A stretch of DNA of 64,000 bases from an uncultured Candidatus Saccharibacteria bacterium (lineage in GTDB: Bacteria > Patescibacteriota > UBA1384 > 2-12-FULL-50-11): NCBI GenBank assembly GCA_964599405.1, contig CAZRED010000001.1:11528-75527 (forward strand), in the 5' to 3' direction. Every line of letters begins with the position of its first letter. The first letter of the stretch is position 1. Made by a program: the position numbers and the translations under genes. Of this stretch, positions 55,998 through 64,000 are shown piece after piece. The notes under the pieces were generated by a model. It had not been told where the DNA came from, did not search any database, and saw only the letters and a program-made list of their open reading frames with translations.

Positions 55998-57157
55998 CTT
56001 TTTGGTTTGTCACCGAAAACTCGGCGGAAGAGTAGCGCCAGATGCAGCTCGACAGCGTCGGAAAATTGACGGGGATCGCGGTTAATTTTTTCGGCAATTT
56101 TGTCGAGTCGGTAAATGACGGTGTTGCGATGAACTTTCAAATTTTCGGCTGTTTTAGTTAAGTTTAAGCTATCCTGCAGAAACATCTCTAGTGTTTCAGT
56201 GAGTTCGGCGTCTAAGTTGGCTAAAACTTTATCGGCATAGTCACGTTTTTGTTTAGGGTTACTAGAAACGAGCAGTGGCAACACGCCCAGCTCACCAATC
56301 CGGTAGACGTGGCTTTGGGAGTTGAGGTTTTTACCGATCTCCAATACTTGGAGCGCTTCTTTAGCAGAGCCAATTAGCTCGTCTGGGGAGTTGGCTGGTG
56401 AGCCAATGCCAATGGAAACATTAGTGATATAAACGTTTTTTAGCGAGTCGGTAATGTCGCGGTAATGGGTGGTAACTAGGTGACAGAAACGTTCGTAGTC
56501 GGTAGTGGAGAGGTCTTTCAGAACCAAGAAAGTATCGTTCCCAATATAGCCAACGACATTATCGGGATTTTTGGTGAAAAAGCTGCGCAACCCCAGTTCA
56601 ATGTCGCGTTTCTTGGAAGCAATCAGGCTGTCTTTCTCGCCCAAGGGCTCGCCGGCCGTGTGGAGATAATTATCCCAAAACCCGGTTAGCTCAAATACGA
56701 CAACCGTGCGCTGAACATCGAGACGGTATCCGAGAGCGGCCATCTGCTGCTCCAGCTCGTCTTCGTCAATGGATTCTGGACGGTAGGCCAGGCGGGTTAA
56801 GAGTAAGTCAACGGCGTCGGGTCGGGGCTTATTGGCCGAGATAAACTGCTGAACCACCAGTTGGGCCATGGAGATAATGATTTGAGTGGTTTGGATATCT
56901 TCGAGTGTTAGTTCAGTAACCACCACCCCGAAAAAGTTACCCTCCCAGTAGACTGGTAATCCCAGTAGGTGGTCGTGGCTATCAATCCGGACTGAGTCTT
57001 TAGCTTGACTAATCCCTTCCGAAAAATGGAAACTACTAATCTTCGAGAAGTCACTACAACCACCAATAATGTGGCCGTCTTTGTCGACAATGGCAAAGGT
57101 TTTGGCAAAAACCTGTTTTAGTTGACTATGTAGTTGTTTAGCAAGAATTGGTGACAT
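55994..57157 (-). CDS. CdaR/PucR-family transcriptional regulator
   Basis: N-terminal sensor (IVDKDGHIIG), GGDEF-like middle, HTH NLTKTAENLKVHRNTVIYRL. Confidence 0.9.
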   Translation of the reverse strand: MSPILAKQLHSQLKQVFAKTFAIVDKDGHIIGGCSDFSKISSFHFSEGISQAKDSVRIDSHDHLLGLPVYWEGNFFGVVVTELTLEDIQTTQIIISMAQLVVQQFISANKPRPDAVDLLLTRLAYRPESIDEDELEQQMAALGYRLDVQRTVVVFELTGFWDNYLHTAGEPLGEKDSLIASKKRDIELGLRSFFTKNPDNVVGYIGNDTFLVLKDLSTTDYERFCHLVTTHYRDITDSLKNVYITNVSIGIGSPANSPDELIGSAKEALQVLEIGKNLNSQSHVYRIGELGVLPLLVSSNPKQKRDYADKVLANLDAELTETLEMFLQDSLNLTKTAENLKVHRNTVIYRLDKIAEKINRDPRQFSDAVELHLALLFRRVFGDKPKS

Positions 57158-57264
57158 TATTTACTCCCCCACTTTTTAATGTTTATACAAAAATACAAAA
57201 AATAACAGCCCCTTGGCCGTATAAATACTGCCACTTCTTAATATTTTTTAGATAAATACACAAA

Positions 57265-59289
57265 CTACTCGATGATAACCGCTGGAACGATGGGGGTGAG
57301 CGGCAAATGGAAGTACTGCTCAATAATATTCTTTACCACTGGCGCAGCGACGGAGAACCCCTCTCCACCGCCTTCAATAATCACCGAAACCGCAATCTCC
57401 GGATTTTGATATGGTGCAAATGCCGTAAACCAAGAGTGTGTGCGATCCTTAGCCACGGTAAATTGAGCCGTTCCGGTCTTGGCGGCCACTTCGATTGGTA
57501 AATTCAGAAACGATCGGGCTGAGCCGTTTTCAACGGCTCGACGCATCCCTTCCCGAACAATCCGTAAAACATTAGGGTTGATGAAATTGTCCCGGATTAC
57601 CCGGTTAGCGATATCTTCCGTATTGGCTTGATCGGTGGCTAAGTACTTCTTTACAACTTTTGGCTCAAATAAGGTCCCTCCATTAGCAATGGCGGCCGTG
57701 GCAGCGGTCAGCTGCAAGGGTGTTACCAGTAAGTCCCCTTGGCCGATTGCCAAGTTGTAGGTATCACCAATGTACCAGCGCTCCTTCTTGGTCTGTTCTT
57801 TCCAATCTGGTGTTGGCACTAAGCCTTTAGCCTCTCCGGAGATATCAATCCGCAGACGTTCACCAAAACCGAACAAGCGCAGGTATTGCCCTAACCGAGT
57901 CGCCCCTAGACCAGCGATATTGCCGTGGCCGCCGCCCACTGTGTAGAAGAAAATATTATTACTTTCGGCGATCGCCTGACGAACATCCGACAAGCCATGT
58001 ACCCGCCAGTCCGGAAAAGTCCATGGACCAACGGTAATTTTTCCTTCGGAAGTGTCAATTTTCGTTTGCTCGGAGATTACCCCCTCCTGCAATGCAGCGG
58101 CGGCCACGACCGGCTTAATCGTCGAGCCGGAGGGGTACTGGCCGGACACTGCCCGATTTAATAGTGGTGACTGGGGATCGGCCAGAACTGCTTGGCGTAG
58201 TAGCGGATCGCTGTTGGGTGAAAAGACGTTGTTGTCAAAATATGGGGCACTAACCATGGCCAGCACGTCGCCAGTACGAACATCCAGCACCACCGCAGCG
58301 CCGCTCGTGGCTTTATTCTTAACGATTGAATCTAACAGCGCTGTCGCAGCCAGCTGCTGGAGTGGAGCATCAATAGTTAACAATAGCGATCGACCAACTT
58401 GCGCTGGTTGAACACCAATCGACCGGATGGCCCGACCTGCTGAGTCAACTTCTAGTGTCTCAACTCCCGGGATTCCCTGAAGAACCCAATCGTAATTCTT
58501 TTCTACGCCCGTTTTACCAATATAAGAAATCGGTAGTAGCTCCCGGCGCTGCTCAAGCTCTTCAACGGTAATTTTACCCACATAGCCGACAATATGGCTA
58601 AGGCTGGTGATTGTGGCGTAGTTACGCACTGGTGTAGTCGCCAACTCAATGCCAGATACCCCCTCCAACTGCAGCTCGCTAATTAAAGCTTCATCTCGGG
58701 TCAAACCATCTTTCAAGATTACGCTTTCTCGAGTCTTGTTTTGCTCAACGGTCTTTTGGAGTTCGTCCAGCGGTAGGCCCAATTCGTTACTAATTTTTTG
58801 AATGGCTTGTTGGCGCTCTTCACTTTGACGGGGTAGCTCGCTCGGTCGCAATACTAGCGAAAAACTCGGCACATTTTGCACTAGCGCTACCCCGTTACGG
58901 TCGTAAAGCAGACCCCGAGCCGACAGTACCGGGGTGGTTTTTAGGCGGTTACCTTCTGCCAGCAGAAAATTCTCTTGTCCTTGGGTAATCTGCAACAATA
59001 CCAACCGAAACGCTAGCACCCCAACGGTTAGCAGTACCGCTAACTTGAAAACGGTGAATCCCCGCTTTGGTTCGGCCACGTCTTCAAACGACGACTGGTT
59101 AATGTCGCTGCTCGGTGAGAGCTCTGGCTGAAATTCGTTACCGACCTGCCGGAGCGATCCCAGCGGGACGTAGGGATCAAAAATACCAGTATCACTGGAT
59201 CGTGGCCGACCGGCAGCAACGACAGCTTTAACTAAGCTAATAAACCAGAAGTAAAGTTGTTGGATGTAACCGAATAGTTTTTTTCCCAT
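57265..59289 (-). CDS. mrdA: Penicillin-binding protein 2
   Basis: RG.LYDRNG, STIK, SNN and KTGTAQ motifs; follows mreBCD. Confidence 0.95.
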   Translation of the reverse strand: MGKKLFGYIQQLYFWFISLVKAVVAAGRPRSSDTGIFDPYVPLGSLRQVGNEFQPELSPSSDINQSSFEDVAEPKRGFTVFKLAVLLTVGVLAFRLVLLQITQGQENFLLAEGNRLKTTPVLSARGLLYDRNGVALVQNVPSFSLVLRPSELPRQSEERQQAIQKISNELGLPLDELQKTVEQNKTRESVILKDGLTRDEALISELQLEGVSGIELATTPVRNYATITSLSHIVGYVGKITVEELEQRRELLPISYIGKTGVEKNYDWVLQGIPGVETLEVDSAGRAIRSIGVQPAQVGRSLLLTIDAPLQQLAATALLDSIVKNKATSGAAVVLDVRTGDVLAMVSAPYFDNNVFSPNSDPLLRQAVLADPQSPLLNRAVSGQYPSGSTIKPVVAAAALQEGVISEQTKIDTSEGKITVGPWTFPDWRVHGLSDVRQAIAESNNIFFYTVGGGHGNIAGLGATRLGQYLRLFGFGERLRIDISGEAKGLVPTPDWKEQTKKERWYIGDTYNLAIGQGDLLVTPLQLTAATAAIANGGTLFEPKVVKKYLATDQANTEDIANRVIRDNFINPNVLRIVREGMRRAVENGSARSFLNLPIEVAAKTGTAQFTVAKDRTHSWFTAFAPYQNPEIAVSVIIEGGGEGFSVAAPVVKNIIEQYFHLPLTPIVPAVIIE

Positions 59290-59774
59290 CACGACAGTTG
59301 CTGCCCCCGCCACCGCTGAAGAAACCGAAAACGGATGACTAGCAAGTAGTATAGTAGGGAACCAACAACGACATTCAATAGCACACTGACCAACACTTGG
59401 TAGGGATAGAAGGCTTGAATGATTATTCCAACGACTAAGTGGTAGAACAGTGTCCCTCCCGCTAGAGTCAGAATGGCTTGCCAGAGTGAGGAAACGGTCA
59501 GATAGCGTTCGCGCAACCAGTTAATCCCCAGGACCATTGCGCAAAACACGGCCGTCCAAATACCGAACGGCAAAAACGACACAAAATCTAGTGCCACTCC
59601 GGCAGTTAAGGCAAAAAGTAGCGCCAACTCCAGGTTGGTTAGCCAACAGTAGAGCCAAAGGACGATAACAATAATATCTAGCGAGTATTGGTGGTCGATA
59701 GCTAACCGACCGGAAAGGCCAAGCGTTAAGATGGCACTAGCCACGGCAATAAGGTAGAGAAAGAACCGGTTCAT
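59289..59774 (-). CDS. mreD: Rod shape-determining protein MreD
   Basis: About 5 TM helices; G..LD..S..PFG; position in the operon. Confidence 0.8.
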   Translation of the reverse strand: MNRFFLYLIAVASAILTLGLSGRLAIDHQYSLDIIVIVLWLYCWLTNLELALLFALTAGVALDFVSFLPFGIWTAVFCAMVLGINWLRERYLTVSSLWQAILTLAGGTLFYHLVVGIIIQAFYPYQVLVSVLLNVVVGSLLYYLLVIRFRFLQRWRGQQLS

Positions 59775-59837
59775 TTAGTGAACATTGTGAACGAAAGAGT
59801 TGGTGAATTCATTTCGTGAGCGTAGCGAACGAAAGAG
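59770..59837. repeat. 38-bp-period tandem duplication covering the mreD start
   Basis: 59770-59799 versus 59808-59837, 25/30 identical. Confidence 0.75.
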
Positions 59838-59849
59838 ATAGTAACTTAC

Positions 59850-60632
59850 TCATCTAACTATGAAGACTGTCCGGATATTGGCAACGTTGACCGGCGAGCT
59901 AATCCGTAGCGCGATAAAAATTTCCTCTTTTTGGGAGATTGTTTCCTCAACTTGGCCGATCGCTAAACCGGCCGGGTAAAGACCCTCAAGTGAAGAAGAA
60001 ACGACGATCTCACCGGAAGTAGTTACTGTATCAACTGGGATGTTATCAACCACTAGCCCGCGTATTCCGCCTTTGAGAATTCCTGTAACCTGGCTACCCG
60101 TCAGGGTGACTGGCGTCGCCAGATTACGATTGGTCAGCAGCCAAACCTCGGCAGTGGATTCAGCCACATTCTTAACCTTGCCAATCAGAAATCCGGACGA
60201 AACGACCGCCTGATTTTCTTTAATACCATCACGGCTACCTTTATCGATAGTTAGCGCTTGATAGGAACCAATCGGCGAGTAGTTGATAATCGAGGCCGGC
60301 AGTAGCGACAGCTCTGGATGGAGGTTGCTAAAATTGAGATCTTCCCGTAACTGTCGGTTTTCATTCTTGACGTTAGTTAACTCGGCAATTTCCGCTAGTT
60401 GGGTAATTGTTTGCTCGCGAAGTTGGGAGTTTTCTCTTGAGAGCTGGCGAATGGCACCAATAAGTGCCAATGTGTCGCTGAACTTTTGACCAATGCCGGC
60501 AACGATCATTACTGGCTTAGCAACCACCTGTCGGGCTAACTCGCGAGTTGGCGTAAAAAACGCAAATTGAGCCAAAATAAACAGGGTGATAAGGCCAACA
60601 ATTACCCAAAATCGCTGACGTCGACGCGACAT
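59850..60632 (-). CDS. mreC: Rod shape-determining protein MreC
   Basis: ENRQLR, IDKGSRDGI, LIGKV and YPAGLAIG motifs. Confidence 0.93.
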   Translation of the reverse strand: MSRRRQRFWVIVGLITLFILAQFAFFTPTRELARQVVAKPVMIVAGIGQKFSDTLALIGAIRQLSRENSQLREQTITQLAEIAELTNVKNENRQLREDLNFSNLHPELSLLPASIINYSPIGSYQALTIDKGSRDGIKENQAVVSSGFLIGKVKNVAESTAEVWLLTNRNLATPVTLTGSQVTGILKGGIRGLVVDNIPVDTVTTSGEIVVSSSLEGLYPAGLAIGQVEETISQKEEIFIALRISSPVNVANIRTVFIVR

Positions 60633-61675
60633 TACTTTCGCAAGGCGCTACTTAGTAGGACACTTTCCAGAGTTTCTAAATCTTCCAGAACTACGCCGGT
60701 GCCCCGCGCCACAGCGGTCAGGGGGTCGTCACAAATATAAACTTTTGTTTGGGTGGCTTGGGAAATAAGTAAGTCTAAATCGCGCAACAACGCCCCACCG
60801 CCAGCTAAGACAATACCGCGCTCCATTATATCGGCCACCAACTCGGGTGGGGTTTCTTCAATTGTTGCCTTAACTGCTTCAATAATCGCCCCAACCGAGC
60901 GATTAATTGCTTGGCGGACTTGTTCGTCGTTAATAATCACTTCCCTCGGTAAGCCGGTAACTAAGTCGCGTCCGCGCATTGGTCGTTCTAACTTTTCTTT
61001 CTGGGGAAAGGCCGAGCCAATCTCCATTTTTATTCGCTCAGCCGTGCGCTCGCCCAACAGCATATTAAAGTTGTCGCGAGCAAAATCGATGATATCTTGG
61101 TTCATTTCATCGCCGGCAATTCGCAGCGACCGCGAAGCGACAATTCCCCCCATCGAGATAACTGCCACTTCAGTTGTCCCACCGCCGATGTCGATAATCA
61201 TGTTGCCGGTTGCTTCTTGGATTGGCAGTTTTGAACCAATCGCCGCAGCGACCGGCTCTTCAATAAGAAAGGCTTGGCGGGCACCGGCGTTAATAGTTGC
61301 TTCCTCGACCGCCCGACGCTCTACTTCGGTAACGCCGTATGGAATGGCTACGAGCACCCGGGGACGGGGCAATAAGGAAAAGCCTTCTTTGTGAACGCGG
61401 TCTATAAAGTGTCGGAGCATTTGCTCGGTTACCTCGAAATCACTCACCACGCCGTTCACTAACGGCCGAGTAGCGACGATATGCCCGGGGGTTTTGCCCA
61501 CCATAATTTGGGCGTCATGCCCGATGGCTAACACCTGCTTGGTTTTCTGGTTAATGGCCACCACTGACGGCTCGTTAATCACTACTCCCTTACCGCGAAC
61601 GTAAACTAAGGTATTAGCAGTCCCTAAATCAATTCCAATGTCATGCGAAAAGGCTCCAAATAGGCGATTAAGCAT
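60632..61675 (-). CDS. mreB: Rod shape-determining protein MreB
   Basis: IDLGTANT, EPSVVA, IDIGGGTT and GGGALL motifs; start at MLNRL. Confidence 0.98.
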   Translation of the reverse strand: MLNRLFGAFSHDIGIDLGTANTLVYVRGKGVVINEPSVVAINQKTKQVLAIGHDAQIMVGKTPGHIVATRPLVNGVVSDFEVTEQMLRHFIDRVHKEGFSLLPRPRVLVAIPYGVTEVERRAVEEATINAGARQAFLIEEPVAAAIGSKLPIQEATGNMIIDIGGGTTEVAVISMGGIVASRSLRIAGDEMNQDIIDFARDNFNMLLGERTAERIKMEIGSAFPQKEKLERPMRGRDLVTGLPREVIINDEQVRQAINRSVGAIIEAVKATIEETPPELVADIMERGIVLAGGGALLRDLDLLISQATQTKVYICDDPLTAVARGTGVVLEDLETLESVLLSSALRK

Positions 61676-61766
61676 CGCCACCACCAAATGTTTTTTCGCT
61701 AGAGCTAACAACGGCCAGAGCCGTTGTTACATCATGCGAAAAGGCTCCAAAAAGTCGATTTAACAT
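61668..61766 (-). CDS. 32-aa upstream ORF repeating the first 12 residues of MreB
   Basis: MLNRLFGAFSHDVTTALAVVSSSEKTFGGGDA*; stop overlaps the mreB start region; translation not shown. Confidence 0.5.
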   Translation of the reverse strand: MLNRLFGAFSHDVTTALAVVSSSEKTFGGGDA

Positions 61767-61840
61767 TGTGTTTGAATATTAGGGTAAGGCTTCGAGAAAA
61801 TCAATCACAAAAGTGACGATTAGAGTATATCTCTAATCGA

Positions 61841-62572
61841 TTACTGGTTGTATACCATCACTGCCACCTCTCCTGAAAGAATATTATCTTGGTTCCAGTT
61901 ATGGATAGCGTTCATTAAATTATCCTCACGATAGTAAAAATCGGCACCACTACGGGTTCCCGGGTCATTTGTAATAAATCCTTCCGGGTCATAGCCCTTA
62001 ATTACTACCATATGGTAGAGCGGTCCGGGCGGGGTAAAATTCGGGTTAGCTAGTAGTCGGCCGGCTGCTGGAACAATTACCGGCGTCCCAGCGGCAATTA
62101 GTTGCTTAATTTGCTCAACTGTCGGGTCGCTGATAATTTCGGCGCCGCTAAACTGATAATAAGCGCTGGAGGCCTCGGACAGTTGTTGGAGCGTGATGCT
62201 GTATTTATAGCCACGCTCGGTTTGCCAGGCAACAAATTTTTGCAACTCCACTTCTAGCTGTTCTTTAGTGAGGCTCTGCTTCAAGTAGTAGTCGCGAATC
62301 ATTAAAATCACCGCTTCTTCGCAAGTTTCATTGTGAATAGCGTCCCAAATACCGTTTGGTGCTTGGACATAGAAGGGCACATCTAAAACAATCCGATCAG
62401 GTAGGGTAGCAATTGGTGCCGGCTCAGGCTTAACAACCGGTGGAGGAGTTACGGAAATCGTCGGCTCGGGCTCGGGAATGGCCTGGCTGTTTGCTAGCAC
62501 AAAAACGTAGCTAACTCCGGCACAGAGGCCGAGTGTCACAACCAATAAAAAAATAATGGCCGGATTTCGCAT
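61841..62572 (-). CDS. Membrane-anchored C39-like peptidase
   Basis: VPFYVQAP, CEEA, HMVVIKGY and NDPG motifs. Confidence 0.85.
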   Translation of the reverse strand: MRNPAIIFLLVVTLGLCAGVSYVFVLANSQAIPEPEPTISVTPPPVVKPEPAPIATLPDRIVLDVPFYVQAPNGIWDAIHNETCEEAVILMIRDYYLKQSLTKEQLEVELQKFVAWQTERGYKYSITLQQLSEASSAYYQFSGAEIISDPTVEQIKQLIAAGTPVIVPAAGRLLANPNFTPPGPLYHMVVIKGYDPEGFITNDPGTRSGADFYYREDNLMNAIHNWNQDNILSGEVAVMVYNQ

Positions 62573-62575
62573 CTA

Positions 62576-64000
62576 TTAGTAGACTACCACGCCGCTGTTA
62601 TTAAATTTTGACCAATCCGCTAAAAGTTTGGCGGTTGACCAAGTTAGGCGGCCGCTGATTGGGTCGTTAATAATAAACGAGGTTGGATTTGTAGGGGAGC
62701 CAGTATAACCAATAACCGTTCGAGCATGTTCACCCTTCCACGCGGCAATGTAGCGACCCGATGGTGTAGTCCAAGGGTCAAAGTAGGCGCCACCCAACAC
62801 TCCCCAAACAATCACTGGGTTACCCGCTTCAATTTCCCAAGCTAGTTGTGTTGCACTCCAGTTACTGAACGCTGTCGCGTTGCGCCAGGTTCGAGCGGCG
62901 CGGGCCACCGGGTCCCAGTGGACACCGTAACCAGTGGAGTTTTGGCTGCCATCAATATTGCCGACAAACGCTTGGTCGGGATCACCCCAAGTACCGCCAC
63001 TTTTAATTGTTGGATCGTAGCCAATTAGTGCCATAATGTCGCCCTCACTGACCGTAATCCCTCGGTAGGCCAACGCCATCTTCAAGGCAGCCGCCTCGCA
63101 GGAGAGTGGCCGGTCTTGGTAGTCAAGTTTGATGTTCAAGACCCGACGAATCTGTTCGCTCGTAAAGCGCAGGCTATAATCACCGCTCATCAGCCGGCCG
63201 TACTGCGGCTTGGCTCCGGCGGCAATACGGACTTGATAGCCAGTGTAGTACGCCAAAGGACTGCTCAGCGACAGTCTAAGAGTACTGCCCGACCAACTGG
63301 CCTGGTAGTCAATCGCCGGAGCTATCGACAGCGCTGCTAAAACACTCTCTTGAATAACCGGCTGGTCGAAGGTAATTTCGATTAAACTGTTAATTGAAAT
63401 ACCGCTGGCGGTGTTTTTCGGTGAAGAGCTAACGACGTGGAGTGCCCCGACGGTGGAAAATGAAAATACCTGGTCACTCTCCACGAAACTGCCGCTTTGA
63501 GCCCGAGCACCAGTCGCAATTGTTAGGGTATATTTCGTATCAATCGGCAGTAACTCGCTGATTTGGTAGGTCAGCGTTTGGTCGTCGGTCCATTGCCACT
63601 CGCCAACCGGCGCCGGATTGATTGCGGGCGTCACGGAAGCCCTCTCCATCGCCTCGCTAAAGACAACTTTTACCTGTTCAGTCGTCGGTAGTACGGAGCT
63701 GCCTTGAGGAATAACGCTGGAGACTAATACTGGGCTGACGGTGGTAAAATCGGTCTGGAAAACCGGCTCTTTCTCCAGGCGGTTTTGGATTTCTTCGGTC
63801 GCGGGGTTATAGTCGATTACTTGTCGCTCCACGGCCAGCGTGTAAGTTGAACCTTGAGGGAGCGGCTGGTCAAAGGTTAGTTGGTATTCGGCGCCATTCT
63901 GGAGCACGGTGTGCTCAACTGGGGGCGTGAAGAGAAAGAAAAACTCGGCAATTTCGCCGGGATCTTGGCTAAGCTTAACAGTGATTGGCTCGTCGGGACG
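62576..64000 (-). CDS. Ig-like (Big_5) repeat protein with C-terminal C39-like peptidase; partial, 5' end outside the window
   Basis: ITFDQP and VFSEAM Ig repeats; QD..SCEAAA, EHA and NDP motifs; frame open to the window edge. Confidence 0.85.
   Translation of the reverse strand, partial: RPDEPITVKLSQDPGEIAEFFFLFTPPVEHTVLQNGAEYQLTFDQPLPQGSTYTLAVERQVIDYNPATEEIQNRLEKEPVFQTDFTTVSPVLVSSVIPQGSSVLPTTEQVKVVFSEAMERASVTPAINPAPVGEWQWTDDQTLTYQISELLPIDTKYTLTIATGARAQSGSFVESDQVFSFSTVGALHVVSSSPKNTASGISINSLIEITFDQPVIQESVLAALSIAPAIDYQASWSGSTLRLSLSSPLAYYTGYQVRIAAGAKPQYGRLMSGDYSLRFTSEQIRRVLNIKLDYQDRPLSCEAAALKMALAYRGITVSEGDIMALIGYDPTIKSGGTWGDPDQAFVGNIDGSQNSTGYGVHWDPVARAARTWRNATAFSNWSATQLAWEIEAGNPVIVWGVLGGAYFDPWTTPSGRYIAAWKGEHARTVIGYTGSPTNPTSFIINDPISGRLTWSTAKLLADWSKFNNSGVVVY

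Overview
64 kb of a small, gene-dense bacterial chromosome using genetic code 11. Several features point to a Patescibacteria/CPR genome (inference): shortened TsaB, FolD and ThrS, SecA with an inserted SEC-C motif, a pilin, many leaderless genes, orphan purE and pyrE, and tRNA-Arg(TCG). Housekeeping genes include ychF, smpB, glyA, thrS, folD, typA, a DEAD-box helicase, secA, serS, greA, ftsEX and mreBCD-mrdA. RNA features are 7 tRNAs, tmRNA and a cobalamin riboswitch upstream of a DUF4430 gene. The window also holds a deacetylase/GT2/GH26 polysaccharide cluster and an XRE-HTH-Hsp20 fusion. No CRISPR array, integrase or transposase was found. The most unusual signal is a recurring pattern of 40-180 bp hairpin-rich inserts that duplicate and restore the end of the gene they sit in: the tRNA-Arg 5' end (3 copies), the tRNA-Glu 3' end, the first 12 codons of mreB (synonymously recoded), the pilin leader and the mreD start. 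A dispersed palindromic repeat family (YTCGAC-N3-4-GCTCR) also occurs, with two copies just upstream of a stand-alone GIY-YIG nuclease gene next to tmRNA and one inside the riboswitch. Product calls come from motif recognition only; no database search was run.
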